NCBI GenBank assembly: GCA_934277645.1
Contig: CAKQUX010000002.1
Coordinates: 241,897 to 305,896 of the forward strand
DNA from: an uncultured Clostridia bacterium
Lineage (GTDB): Bacteria > Bacillota > Clostridia > Christensenellales > CAG-917
Direction: 5' to 3'
Length of the DNA: 64,000 bases
Shown here: positions 54,370 to 64,000 of the stretch, one piece after another
How positions within the stretch are numbered: position 1 is the first letter of the stretch
How the letters are laid out: each line of letters begins with the position of its first letter
Program-made: the position numbers and the translations under genes
Notes under the pieces: generated by a model
Told to the model about the DNA's origin: nothing
What the model saw: only the letters and a program-made list of their open reading frames with translations
The model's database searches: none

Positions 54370-54403
54370 AAAAATCCGCTTTTTCAAGCGGATTTTTTGT
54401 TTG
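54370..54403 (+). terminator. Rho-independent terminator
   Basis: aaaatccgct-ttttca-agcggatttt followed by ttg. Confidence 0.8.
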
Positions 54404-54697
54404 CCCTAAAATCGCAAAAGAAACGAACATAAAAGGGAAAAGCAAAAGCCGCGAAATTACAAAAAAAGCAGCTGTCAAGAATTAAAATAAAGGCGCAAGA
54501 CATAAAACATAAATACGATAACGGCAAAGCATAAGTTGCAAACGCAATTTGCGTAAACATAAAACCGAAAATAGAAAGACGTCGGACAGGCAGGGCAAAA
54601 AGACTGTACAAAACAACGGAAGGCGGCTTGGGTTTTATTTAACAGAAAAAATTGGCGATTAAATTGTCATCGATAACAAAAGGAATAATCGCTTATC

Positions 54698-54726
54698 TTG
54701 ACAATGAGAAAGTTTAATTATATAAT
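54698..54726 (+). promoter_or_regulatory. sigma-A-type promoter TTGACA-17-TATAAT
   Basis: TTGACA at 54698-54703 and TATAAT at 54721-54726. Confidence 0.65.
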
Positions 54727-54746
54727 TTCACTAAATGGAGGCCTAT

Positions 54747-55310
54747 ATGTCAAACACTATTGAAATTGCAGAAAGATTAAAGGGACTTCGAGAAATCGAA
54801 GAAGTTTCGACGGCGGAAATGGCTGCCGTTTGCTCTATGAGCGAAGCCGACTACATCAAGCACGAAAGCGGAACGGTTGACTTTTCGGTTACTATGCTTT
54901 GCAAATGCGCCGAGCGTTTGGGCATCGACGTTACGGCTTTATTTACGGGACACACCCCGAAACTTAAAGGTTACAGCATAGTCAGAGCAGGCGAAGGACT
55001 TAAAGTCGAACGTCGCCAAAGCTTTACCTATCAGCATCTTGCTTCGAACTTCTGCGGCAGACTCGGCGAACCGTTTATGGTTACGGCTCCTTATTCCGAA
55101 ACGGAACAAACTAAGCCTATCACTTTGTCAACGCATGAAGGTCAGGAAATGGACTACGTTTTGGACGGAAGCCTTAAAGTTTCAATCGACGGACACGAGG
55201 ACGTCGTAAATGCGGGCGACACGGTTTATTACGATTCTTCAAAGCCGCACGGAATGATTGCTATCGGCGGCAAGCCATGCAAGTTCCTTGCGATTTTGTT
55301 TAAGGAGTAA
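54747..55310 (+). CDS. XRE-family HTH + cupin domain transcriptional regulator
   Basis: N-terminal HTH_3 (IAERLKGLRE...) and a C-terminal cupin (HEGQEMDYVLDG....GD.VYYDSS.PHG). Start at ATG 54747 after GGAGG. Confidence 0.75.
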   Translation: MSNTIEIAERLKGLREIEEVSTAEMAAVCSMSEADYIKHESGTVDFSVTMLCKCAERLGIDVTALFTGHTPKLKGYSIVRAGEGLKVERRQSFTYQHLASNFCGRLGEPFMVTAPYSETEQTKPITLSTHEGQEMDYVLDGSLKVSIDGHEDVVNAGDTVYYDSSKPHGMIAIGGKPCKFLAILFKE

Positions 55311-55311
55311 A

Positions 55312-57564
55312 ATGGAAAGATTTCATATTTCGTCAGACGTCATTGACGAACAAAAAGTTGTAAAAGGAAAAGACTATCGTATAAGCGTTATCACCGATAG
55401 GCTTTTTCGTATCGAGATAAAAGCGTTCACGGACAGCGCAACGCAAACCGTTTTGTGCCGAAATTTCGGCGCGCCGACGTTTGAAGTCGTAAAGCAGGGT
55501 AAAGGCGGAGTCAGTATTAAGACGAAAGACGTACTCTTTAACTTCGACTCGGTTTTGGCGGCAGTCACTGCTACAGACCTTAAAACGGGAAAGAAACTCA
55601 GCGACGGCCACAATCTTAAAGGTACGGTCAGGACTCTCGATTTCAGACTCGGAAAAGTCAAGCTTGAAGGCGGCATAATGGCAAAAGGCGGCGTCAGCGT
55701 CGTTGACGATACAAAGTCGTTTTTACTTAACGAAGACGGCACTTTGTCTCACAGAGAAAAGGGCAGCGGTGACTTTTACGTTTTCTGTTACGGAAACGAT
55801 TACGAAAGCTGTCTTAAAGACTTCTTCTCACTCACCGGCTATCCGCCGCTTCTTCCTAAGTACGCTTTGACAAACTGGTGGTCGAGATATTATCCGTATT
55901 CGGAAAAGACGTATCTTGCGCTTATGGACAAGTTTAAGGAGCGTAAAATTCCGATAGGCGTAGCAACCGTCGATATGGATTGGCACATTGTCAAAGACGT
56001 GCCGAAAGAGTACAAAGCCTCAAACCCTTTGCAGGGCGCAGGCTGGACAGGATACACGTGGAACGAAAAGCTCTTTCCTGATTATAAACGCTTTTTAAAC
56101 GAACTTCACGAAAGGGGAATGGCAGTCACGCTCAACATTCATCCGCGCGACGGCGTAAGAGCATTTGAAAAAATGTATCCCGAAATGGCAAAAGCAAACG
56201 GCATTGACCCTGACACTAAACAAACGGTCGAGTTTAACATGAGTGACCCTAAGTTTATCACGTCTTACTTTGACGTTTTGCATCATCCTTATGAAAAGGA
56301 CGGCGTAAACTTTTGGTGGATAGACTGGCAACAAGGAAAGAAGTCGAGCGTTAAAGGGCTTGACCCGCTTTGGCTTTTAAACCACTATCACTTCTTAGAC
56401 AGCGTCAAAAACGGCGACGGACTCATTTTGTCCAGATACGCAGGGCTTGGCTCGCATCGCTATCCGCTGGGCTTTTCGGGTGACTGCATAATCGCTTGGA
56501 AGAGCCTTAAATTCCAACCGTATTTTACGGTGAACGCAACGAACGTCGGTTACACTTGGTGGTCGCACGATATAGGCGGTCACGTTTTGGGAAAAGGTCG
56601 CGACGAACTTTATCTTAGATGGCTGCAATTCGGCGTGTTTTCGCCGATAAACAGACTTCACAGTTCGAGCGGCGAGTTTACAGGCAAAGAGCCGTGGCTT
56701 TATCGTAAAGATATTGACGAAATAGCGGAAGACTTTTTAAGACTAAGACAAAAGATGCTTCCTTATCTTTACACGGCGAACAAGTTGACGCATTTAAAAG
56801 GCGAACCGCTTATGACTCCGCTTTATTATAAGCACGCGGAAGAAGAAGCGTATAAAGTCAAAAACGAATACTATTTCGGAAGCGAACTTCTCGTTTGTCC
56901 GATAACTTCCAAAATTAAGAGATACTTCAACCGCGCAGGTGAAAAAGTATATTTCCCTGAGGGCGAGTGGTACGATTTCTTTACGGGCGAAAAGTACGTC
57001 GGCAAAAAAACGATGAAAGTTTGGCGAAAACTTGACACCGTTCCCGTATTTGCAAAAGCAGGCGCAATCGTTCCTATGTTATCACACGGCGAAACGAACA
57101 AACTTACGTTCGACGACCTAACGGTTAAGATTTTTAGCGGAAACGGCGAATATACGTTGTTTGACGAAGACGGCGAAATGTCTTACAAGCAAACGAAAAC
57201 GGACGGCGGTTTGAAAATCGAAATATCGGGCAATTTGCCAAACCTTAAAAAGCAAACGCTCGAAATCAACAATCTCGTTTCTGCCGTTATCACCGTTGAC
57301 GGAAAAACGACGGATAGTCTTGTTCTTGACGGCGGCTCGCACGTTATCGAACTTAGCGAAATGAAGTTTAAGGAAACGGAAGACTTGCTTGAAAGAGTAA
57401 AATCCGTTATGCAAGATTATCATATCTTCTTCCCGTTAAGATGGATAGCGTTCAAGAAAATCAAGAATGCGGCGTCGAAAGATGAAATGATAAAGGCAAT
57501 TAAAGCCGCGTCGATAAGATGCGACGTAAAGAGCGCTATGCTTGAAAAAACAATGTGTGAATAA
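55312..57564 (+). CDS. glycoside hydrolase family 31 (alpha-xylosidase/alpha-glucosidase-like)
   Basis: GH31 catalytic region (VATVDMDW, WWIDWQQG, YTWWSHDIGG). Start at ATG 55312 after AAGGAG. Confidence 0.8.
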   Translation: MERFHISSDVIDEQKVVKGKDYRISVITDRLFRIEIKAFTDSATQTVLCRNFGAPTFEVVKQGKGGVSIKTKDVLFNFDSVLAAVTATDLKTGKKLSDGHNLKGTVRTLDFRLGKVKLEGGIMAKGGVSVVDDTKSFLLNEDGTLSHREKGSGDFYVFCYGNDYESCLKDFFSLTGYPPLLPKYALTNWWSRYYPYSEKTYLALMDKFKERKIPIGVATVDMDWHIVKDVPKEYKASNPLQGAGWTGYTWNEKLFPDYKRFLNELHERGMAVTLNIHPRDGVRAFEKMYPEMAKANGIDPDTKQTVEFNMSDPKFITSYFDVLHHPYEKDGVNFWWIDWQQGKKSSVKGLDPLWLLNHYHFLDSVKNGDGLILSRYAGLGSHRYPLGFSGDCIIAWKSLKFQPYFTVNATNVGYTWWSHDIGGHVLGKGRDELYLRWLQFGVFSPINRLHSSSGEFTGKEPWLYRKDIDEIAEDFLRLRQKMLPYLYTANKLTHLKGEPLMTPLYYKHAEEEAYKVKNEYYFGSELLVCPITSKIKRYFNRAGEKVYFPEGEWYDFFTGEKYVGKKTMKVWRKLDTVPVFAKAGAIVPMLSHGETNKLTFDDLTVKIFSGNGEYTLFDEDGEMSYKQTKTDGGLKIEISGNLPNLKKQTLEINNLVSAVITVDGKTTDSLVLDGGSHVIELSEMKFKETEDLLERVKSVMQDYHIFFPLRWIAFKKIKNAASKDEMIKAIKAASIRCDVKSAMLEKTMCE

Positions 57565-57624
57565 ACTATTTGGGCAAAAGCATTCTGCATTGAAAGACAT
57601 AATTATCGTGCATTAAGTTTAATT

Positions 57625-57651
57625 AAAGGACGCCAAGGCGTCCTTTTTTTG
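57625..57651 (+). terminator. Rho-independent terminator
   Basis: aaaggacgc-caag-gcgtccttt followed by tttt. Confidence 0.8.
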
Positions 57652-57668
57652 CGCAATGCGTTAAACAG

Positions 57669-57697
57669 TTGACAACAACATTTTGCAGTTATAAAAT
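57669..57697 (+). promoter_or_regulatory. sigma-A-type promoter TTGACA-17-TAAAAT; -10 ends 6 nt before ATG 57704 (leaderless)
   Basis: TTGACA at 57669-57674 and TAAAAT at 57692-57697, then ttagct and the ATG. No SD. Confidence 0.65.
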
Positions 57698-57703
57698 TTA
57701 GCT

Positions 57704-58066
57704 ATGCAACAAGTAGCGTTTACGACCGATTCAAATGTGTTAAAATCACTTTACGACAAATTAAATCTCGGCGAAGTCCGCGGAGCAAACGTCGTTTTGC
57801 TCGACGGCGAACAGCCTGTCGGAATATGCCGAATGAAAATATCGGGCGAAGTGACAATCGAAGAACTCGCAATCGAAAAAGAGTTCGACGATTTTTCAAG
57901 TCGCGATTTCTTTTTCCGAACGGTGCTTTTTAAACTGTCGCTTGGCGATTACGTCGTAAAAATCGACAAGGTCGACGACAGACTCAAAAAATTCGGTTTC
58001 GTCGAAGAAGACGGAAAAATGTACGTAGAATCGAAAAAAATAACGTTTCCACATAGCTGTGGATGA
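57704..58066 (+). CDS. hypothetical protein (120 aa), upstream of and probably cotranscribed with glnS
   Basis: ORF with a leaderless-type promoter. No family recognised. Confidence 0.55.
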   Translation: MQQVAFTTDSNVLKSLYDKLNLGEVRGANVVLLDGEQPVGICRMKISGEVTIEELAIEKEFDDFSSRDFFFRTVLFKLSLGDYVVKIDKVDDRLKKFGFVEEDGKMYVESKKITFPHSCG

Positions 58067-58079
58067 AAAGGATAAAAAT

Positions 58080-59693
58080 ATGGAAGCAAGCAATTTTATT
58101 GAAGACATTATCGTTAAAGACTTAGAGTCGGGCAAACACGACAAAATCATCACTCGTTTTCCGCCCGAACCGAACGGCTATTTGCATATCGGACACGCAA
58201 AAGCAATATCGATAAACTTCGGCATAAAAGAGAAATTTAACGGCGAATGTAATTTGCGTTTCGACGACACAAATCCGTCGAAAGAAGACGTCGAATACGT
58301 CGAATCGATAAAAGAAGATATCAAGTGGCTCGGTTACAGCTGGGACAGAGAACTTTATGCTTCCGACTATTTCGACATTATGTACGAAAAGGCAATCGTT
58401 CTCATAAAGAAAGGTTTGGCTTTTGTGTGCGACCTTTCGGCTGACGAGATTAGCGCAAATCGCGGAACGCTTACGACGGCAGGCGTTGAGTCGCCGTACA
58501 GAAACCGTTCTGTCGAAGAGAACCTTAAACTTTTTGAAGAAATGAAAAACGGCAAATATGCCGACGGCGAAAAGACGCTCAGAGCGAAAATAGATATGTC
58601 GTCGCCGAACATAAATATGCGCGACCCTGTTATATACAGAATTTTGAGAGCTACTCATCACCGCACCGGCGACAAGTGGTGCATCTATCCTATGTACGAT
58701 TTTGCGCATCCGCTCGAAGATGCAATAGAAGGCGTCACCCATTCGCTTTGCTCGCTCGAATTTGAAAATCACAGACCGCTTTACGACTGGTTTGTCAATA
58801 ACTGCGATTTTGAAAAGAAGCCTCGTCAGATAGAGTTTGCAAGACTCAACATAAACCGTACGGTTATGAGCAAACGCTTTTTGAAAAAACTCGTTGACGA
58901 AGGCGTAGTCGACGGTTGGAACGACCCGAGAATGTCCACGCTTTCGGGAGTACGTCGCCGCGGATATCCGCCTGAAGCAATCAGAGATTTTTGCAGCAGA
59001 ATCGGCGTTGCAAAAGCGGACAGCGAAGTCGATATGGCGATGCTCGAACATTGCGTAAGAGAAAATCTCAATCTCAACGCAACGCGTGCTATGTGCGTTT
59101 TAGACCCGCTTAAGCTTGTTATCGACAACTATCCGACAGGCAAAAGCGAACAAGTCGAAATCGAAAACAATCCGCAAAAAGAAGGAAGCGGGACGCATAA
59201 CGTGACGTTCGGCAGAGAGCTTTATATAGAGCGCGACGATTTCTGCCTTAATCCACCGCCTAAATATTTCAGACTTAAACCTGACGGAATGGTCAGACTT
59301 AAAGGCGCGTACATCATAAAGTACAACAGCGTAGAGCTTGACGGCGACAAAGTAGTTTGCGTTCACTGCGACCTTATCGAGGATAGCAAGCAGGGCGGCG
59401 TAAACGCAGGTATGAAAGTCAAAGGCACAATTCATTGGGTCAACGCAAAAACCTGCCATGACGTCACGATAAACAAATATGACAGTCTTATTCTTGACGG
59501 CGAAGGCGATTTCAGTCAAAGACTTAATCCGAACAGCCTTATAAAGATAAACGGCAAAGCGGAAGAATTTTTAAGTTCGGCGCCTGTCGGCGAAAGATTC
59601 CAATTTTTGCGAATCGGCTACTATGTCAAAGAGAATGAAAATTGTTACGGCTCGATAGTAGCGTTGAAAGACAGCTACAAACCTGCAAATTGA
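58080..59693 (+). CDS. glnS: glutamine--tRNA ligase
   Basis: [17 protein letters not shown] (HIGH) and VMSKR (KMSKS), with a GlnRS-type C-terminal anticodon-binding domain. The start could also be ATG 58059. Confidence 0.9.
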   Translation: MEASNFIEDIIVKDLESGKHDKIITRFPPEPNGYLHIGHAKAISINFGIKEKFNGECNLRFDDTNPSKEDVEYVESIKEDIKWLGYSWDRELYASDYFDIMYEKAIVLIKKGLAFVCDLSADEISANRGTLTTAGVESPYRNRSVEENLKLFEEMKNGKYADGEKTLRAKIDMSSPNINMRDPVIYRILRATHHRTGDKWCIYPMYDFAHPLEDAIEGVTHSLCSLEFENHRPLYDWFVNNCDFEKKPRQIEFARLNINRTVMSKRFLKKLVDEGVVDGWNDPRMSTLSGVRRRGYPPEAIRDFCSRIGVAKADSEVDMAMLEHCVRENLNLNATRAMCVLDPLKLVIDNYPTGKSEQVEIENNPQKEGSGTHNVTFGRELYIERDDFCLNPPPKYFRLKPDGMVRLKGAYIIKYNSVELDGDKVVCVHCDLIEDSKQGGVNAGMKVKGTIHWVNAKTCHDVTINKYDSLILDGEGDFSQRLNPNSLIKINGKAEEFLSSAPVGERFQFLRIGYYVKENENCYGSIVALKDSYKPAN

Positions 59694-59890
59694 CAGAGTA
59701 ACGCAAAATTCACAAATCGGCTTTAAGGTTATCGGAACGAATAGAATAAAAGTTGCTCGAATAAGCAATTTGGAATTTTATTCGTCAGATGATAACGTAA
59801 AGGAAAACAACAACCCCCATTTGTTTAAGAGTTAAAGCAAAGGGAATCAAAAATCGTTTTAGGTCAATTACCTGACGGTTATCGAAATTT

Positions 59891-59920
59891 AAAGACGGCA
59901 TCTGCCGTCTTTTTAATTTT
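59891..59920 (+). terminator. Rho-independent terminator
   Basis: aaagacggc-atct-gccgtcttt followed by ttaatttt. It lies about 200 nt after the glnS stop. Confidence 0.75.
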
Positions 59921-60333
59921 AGTATATTTATTTTCAAAAAAGTATTTCATAAAGGTGCTAAGCGGACGATAAAGGCGGAAAGATTATTAAATCGATTAAA
60001 TTTAAAGTTAAGCCGAAATGAAGACAAGTAGTTAAAATCAAAATAATGATAATAGGCAAATCCAATGTAAAGGCAAATAAACGAGATAAAAAGCTGTGGA
60101 GTTTGACTAAATATGCCTTTATAGACAGTTGCGAATTGAGATTGAGAAACGGTTAAACAGTGATTTAAAACGATTGCAGACAAAAGTATTTTATTTTCAA
60201 AATCCGTGTGTTAAAATCATAATGTAAATCAATTTTGCAACTTAATGCAAAAGTGATTTATAATAAAGCAGTTAAGCCAAGCAAAGCGGCTTAGCAAAGA
60301 CTGTATGTGCAAGATTGTAAGGATGGAGACCGT

Positions 60334-61344
60334 ATGAAAATTAAAAGGGCGGACAATTTAAATTTAACGAAAACGCAGGAATCAAACTCAATCGGTTTTA
60401 AAGGCAAAGCGGTTATCGTTTTGACCGTTTGCTTGTTATTGCTATTCAATTTGGTTTTTCTGACCGCTTGCAACGTTGAGAAGAAGTATGCGGATTTTTT
60501 TGCGAACGACGCAAAATACGAGTTCGAGCTTAAACAGCTGTCCGACGGTTTCATTCCGCAAGGGTTGTGCGCCATAAGCGGCGGTTTTATCGTCAGCGGC
60601 TATATGGACAACGGTGGCAGCAGATTGCAGTTTTATAAGAACGGAGAATATAAAAGCTATCAAATCAAAGTAAACGGCAAAGCGTTTGACGGACACGTCG
60701 GGGGAGTTGCCGCAAGCGGCGATTATTTTTGGGTTACGTCGGAAACGACTGCGTACTATTTCAAAACCGCCGACCTCGAAACGGATGAAAAGTCTATTTC
60801 ACCGATAAGCAGTTTCGATTTGTGCCTTAAAGGTTCGACCTGCACGGTTTGGGATGGCTATTTGTGGGTCGCCGAGTTTTACGAAGAAAAGAGCTATAAA
60901 ATCGACGGACACGGATTTGCGACGAAAGACGGAATGCATTATGCGATAGCCGCGGCTTTTAAGATTTCAGGCGAAAAATCTTGCGGCGTCGAAGAGATCC
61001 CCGAAAAGGTTTTGTCCATAAGAGAAAAGACGCAAGGCATTGCGTTTGAGAACGGCAAAATAGTACTGTCGACTTCATACGGCAGAAAGAACGATTCCGC
61101 TCTTTATTTTTACGATTCGCCGCTTGACGGAGAAAGTGACAGCGCTATGATGATAGACGGCGTCGAAGTTCCCGTTTGGTATCTTGTCGGCGGTGAAAAA
61201 CTCGTTGCTCCGCCGATGACGGAAGGAATAACGTATTCAAACGGACGACTTTTCGTCTTGTTCGAGTCCGCCGCAAAGAAATATACGACGGAACTTAAAA
61301 AATGCAAGTACCCGATTTCGTCCGTGGTGTCGATTGCCAAATAA
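60334..61344 (+). CDS. hypothetical lipoprotein
   Basis: Start at ATG 60334 after GGATGGAG. Signal peptide with lipobox LTAC. No family recognised. Confidence 0.6.
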   Translation: MKIKRADNLNLTKTQESNSIGFKGKAVIVLTVCLLLLFNLVFLTACNVEKKYADFFANDAKYEFELKQLSDGFIPQGLCAISGGFIVSGYMDNGGSRLQFYKNGEYKSYQIKVNGKAFDGHVGGVAASGDYFWVTSETTAYYFKTADLETDEKSISPISSFDLCLKGSTCTVWDGYLWVAEFYEEKSYKIDGHGFATKDGMHYAIAAAFKISGEKSCGVEEIPEKVLSIREKTQGIAFENGKIVLSTSYGRKNDSALYFYDSPLDGESDSAMMIDGVEVPVWYLVGGEKLVAPPMTEGITYSNGRLFVLFESAAKKYTTELKKCKYPISSVVSIAK

Positions 61345-61476
61345 TTGTACGGGTTAGGTTGAAGAAACAATAAAGAAATGATATAATAAGTCGAAACGGA
61401 AATTAAAGCGAAATAGAACCGAAACGGTACTAAAAACTATTAAATAACTAAATCAAATTAAATAAAAGGTGGAAAC

Positions 61477-62484
61477 ATGAGCGTTAAACTTTGTAGCAGT
61501 AAAAACGGAATCGAACTTTATGAACTTAAAAACGCAAACGGAATGGTTGCGACCGTCACGAATTACGGAGCGAGAATAGTGACGTTAAAACCGTTCGATA
61601 AAAACGGAAACGCCGTAGACGTACTTGCAGGCTTTGACACGCCTGAAGGCTTTATGGGAGACAATCCTTATTTTAACGCCGTTATCGGAAGAGTTTGCAA
61701 CCGCATAGGCGGCGCAAAATTCGATTTGAACGGCAAAGAATACAATCTGTTCAAAAACGACGGAAACAATCATCTTCACGGTGGCAAGGAAGGCTTTGAC
61801 CGAAAAATATGGAAGGGCGAAACAGACGGCGGCAAACTCGTGTTGAGATATACGTCTAATGATATGGAAGAGGGTTATCCGTCCGCGCTTGACGTTTGCG
61901 TAACGTACAGTCTTGACGACGAGAACGGATTTAACATCGAATACACGGCTTCGACCGACGGCGACACGCTTTGCTCGCTCACCAACCACGCCTATTTCAA
62001 TCTTGACGGCGACTTTGTCACAAACCACAATCACGAAGTGTACATAAACTCGCATCTCGTTTCGGACATCGATGAAGAGCTTATTCCGAGCGGCAAAAAC
62101 GTCGATATTCAAGGCACGGTTTATGATTTTAAAACACCTAAGAAAATCGGAAAAGACATAGCGGCGGATGACAAATATCTCAAAATCGGCGGCGGCTATG
62201 ATTTCAACTACGTTTTAGATAATGACGGCTTGGCGGTTGCTTCCGCTTATTCCGACAAGACTGGAATTTTTATGGAAGTGTTTACAGACAGACCGTGTAT
62301 GCAATTTTACAGCGGCAACTTTTTGGACGGAATAAAAGGCAAAAAAACTTACGGACATCAATCGGCTTTTTGCATGGAAACACAAGGCTATCCTAACGCC
62401 GTCAACGTCGGCTATCCGTCTTGCGAACTTAAAAAAGGCGAGACTTATCATACAAAAACAAGATATGTTTTCAGCGTTAAGTAA
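61477..62484 (+). CDS. galM: aldose 1-epimerase (galactose mutarotase)
   Basis: Motifs GRVCNRIGGAKF and NHLHGG..GFD...W, with downstream catalytic residues. Confidence 0.85.
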   Translation: MSVKLCSSKNGIELYELKNANGMVATVTNYGARIVTLKPFDKNGNAVDVLAGFDTPEGFMGDNPYFNAVIGRVCNRIGGAKFDLNGKEYNLFKNDGNNHLHGGKEGFDRKIWKGETDGGKLVLRYTSNDMEEGYPSALDVCVTYSLDDENGFNIEYTASTDGDTLCSLTNHAYFNLDGDFVTNHNHEVYINSHLVSDIDEELIPSGKNVDIQGTVYDFKTPKKIGKDIAADDKYLKIGGGYDFNYVLDNDGLAVASAYSDKTGIFMEVFTDRPCMQFYSGNFLDGIKGKKTYGHQSAFCMETQGYPNAVNVGYPSCELKKGETYHTKTRYVFSVK

Positions 62485-62589
62485 CTTTTGTGTCGGCTTT
62501 GATAAAAATTCGTTTAAAATGCGATAAAAAACCGAAAATTGTCGAATTGAAAATAAATTCACAAAAATGCCTAATAATTTAAAATCACT

Positions 62590-62618
62590 CTTGACTATAA
62601 GAGCATTTTGAGTTAAAA
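62590..62618 (+). promoter_or_regulatory. sigma-A-type promoter TTGACT-17-TAAAAT
   Basis: TTGACT at 62590-62595 and TAAAAT at 62613-62618. Gives an about 110-nt mreB leader. Confidence 0.6.
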
Positions 62619-62736
62619 TATAGGAAAGCCACTAGATTAGCGAGCTTAGCTAATGTGGCAAAGCAAACTAATCAAAAATAGGAAAGAGGAGGAAATATTC
62701 GGCTGCTTACGCGGTCGTTTATGAGCAATTGGGACT

Positions 62737-63780
62737 ATGGCAAAAAACAATAGTATTTTGAACAGTGCCGTTAACAAAGAAGGCGCAAAAATCGGTATCG
62801 ACCTCGGAACTGCAAACACCTTAGTTTACATTTCGGGCTACGGCATCGTTTTCGATGAACCTACAATCGTTGCGTATGATGCAGCAACTCGCGGAGTTAT
62901 CGCTTGCGGTAATCAAGCAAAAGACATGGTCGGTAAAATCCATGATAAAATCAGCTTGGTCTATCCTATGAACGCAGGTGTAGTTGCAGATATCAAAGCA
63001 ACAAGAACTTTGCTTGAATACGTTTTCGGCAAACTCGGAAAACTTAACTTTGACTTTAAAAAATCGACTCTTTTGATTTGCTGCCCTGCACAAATCACCG
63101 AAGTCGAAAGAAAAGCACTTATGGACCTTGCAAAGAGCATGGGTATCGAAGACAGCTTTGTCGAACCTGAAATTAAAGCAGGCGCAATCGGAGCAGACAT
63201 CGACATTTATGGACCTGAAGGTTCGATGGTCGTTGATATCGGCGCAGGCTCGACTAACGTCGGTGTTCTTTCTTGCGGCGACGTCGTCGTTTTGAACGCA
63301 GTCAGAACGGCAGGCGATTATATCGACAACGAAATCACAAAATACATGAAAGTACAACACAACCTTATCATCGGTGCAAAAACCGCTGAAAGAATCAAGA
63401 TGGAACTTGCAACGCTTCTTCCTGAAGACGTTGAAAAGACTATCGAGGCTTGTGGTAGACATCTTAGCACCGGCAGACCTGATTCGGTTATGGTAAAGCA
63501 AGAAGAAATCTATCCAATCGTACTTAGAGCTTTCGAACAAATCAAACACTGCATTCAAGTTACTCTTGAACAAACCCCACCTGAATTGTCTTCAGACATT
63601 ATAAAGGGCGGCATTTCCGTCATCGGCGGTGGCGCTGCAATCAAGGGCGTTAAAGAGTACTTCGAAGCTAACTTCCCATTTGGTTGCCACATTGCCGAAA
63701 ACGGAATGGGCGCAATCGTCAAAGGAACGAAGCAACTTCTTAAAAACCGCGGCAACTACCTTGTCAGACCGGAAGACTAA
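62737..63780 (+). CDS. mreB: rod shape-determining protein MreB/Mbl family
   Basis: IGIDLGTANTLVY phosphate-1 motif and an actin-like ATPase fold throughout. Confidence 0.9.
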   Translation: MAKNNSILNSAVNKEGAKIGIDLGTANTLVYISGYGIVFDEPTIVAYDAATRGVIACGNQAKDMVGKIHDKISLVYPMNAGVVADIKATRTLLEYVFGKLGKLNFDFKKSTLLICCPAQITEVERKALMDLAKSMGIEDSFVEPEIKAGAIGADIDIYGPEGSMVVDIGAGSTNVGVLSCGDVVVLNAVRTAGDYIDNEITKYMKVQHNLIIGAKTAERIKMELATLLPEDVEKTIEACGRHLSTGRPDSVMVKQEEIYPIVLRAFEQIKHCIQVTLEQTPPELSSDIIKGGISVIGGGAAIKGVKEYFEANFPFGCHIAENGMGAIVKGTKQLLKNRGNYLVRPED

Positions 63781-63796
63781 GAAACCTATTAAAATC

Positions 63797-63828
63797 AAGG
63801 GCACGCATTTGCGTGCCTTTTGTTTTGC
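63797..63828 (+). terminator. Rho-independent terminator
   Basis: aagggcacgc-attt-gcgtgccttt followed by tgttttg. Confidence 0.8.
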
Positions 63829-64000
63829 CTTTATCGAGTTAGTTTTTCACATTTTAAGTATTTAACTATATCAAATTGCTTCCGAAAACACATAACCGTT
63901 TGCTTTTCATTATTGTAGGTATTTGATTAAAAAAGTTTCGCATTATTTTAAATCTATGATATAATGGCGATAGTAAACAAAACGGAATCAGATATGGTAA

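Noticed and set aside
57565-58079. A T-box leader upstream of glnS.
   Set aside because: There is no T-box sequence (AGGGUGGNACCGCG-like) or specifier hairpin. The interval is occupied by a promoter and a 120-aa ORF.
58122-59051. A 309-aa antisense ORF inside glnS. Similar ones lie inside mreB (62821-63573), Fe-ADH (50720-51349), FprA (42388-42930) and galM (61585-62112).
   Set aside because: Each lies opposite a gene with unmistakable family motifs. The translations are Arg/Phe/Val-rich nonsense with no start signals.
1-64000. Scan for CRISPR arrays, IS elements/transposases, integrases, phage or toxin-antitoxin modules, and rRNA genes.
   Set aside because: None was seen. The repeats present are short words or tandem duplications without repeat-spacer regularity. 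No ORF resembles a mobility or phage protein.

Overview
This 64-kb chromosomal window reads as an anaerobic, endospore-forming Firmicute (Clostridia-like). It carries spo0A, a GerA-type germinant-receptor operon, a perR/reverse-rubrerythrin pair, an FprA flavodiiron protein and an Fe-ADH. I count about 57 protein genes, mostly housekeeping: purB-purA; a pyrimidine cluster pyrB-pyrC-carA-carB-pyrK-pyrD-pyrF, then a 270-nt gap, then pyrE; glnS; mreB; lepB; sdaA; a DEAD-box helicase; a guanine-riboswitch-controlled NCS2 purine permease; GH31 and galM sugar genes; and one tRNA-Gln(CUG). I saw no CRISPR array, transposase, integrase or prophage genes. No single obvious multi-gene novel system stands out. 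The items most worth a second look are listed below.
1. A recurrent TTGACA-17-TATAAT-N6-ATG arrangement with no Shine-Dalgarno at about 8 genes, implying frequent leaderless mRNAs.
2. An unusually ordered spo0A upstream region: four 0A boxes at exact 10-bp phasing, flanked by phased TGAAAA/TTTTCA repeats.
3. Two well-signalled small ORFs below the ORF-track cutoff: a 37-aa Cys-rich basic peptide next to an ECF sigma/anti-sigma pair, and a 49-aa zinc ribbon.
4. An orphan, divergent RuvB-family AAA+ protein with long N- and C-terminal extensions, translationally coupled to a PAQR/hemolysin-III membrane protein.
5. A terminator-ended, highly structured candidate sRNA with paired C7/G7 runs.
6. 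A DEAD-box helicase whose conserved Q-motif region can only be translated from an ATT or ATA start.
7. Long purine-rich intergenic spacers.
All functional calls come from my own motif reading of the translated ORFs, not from database searches.
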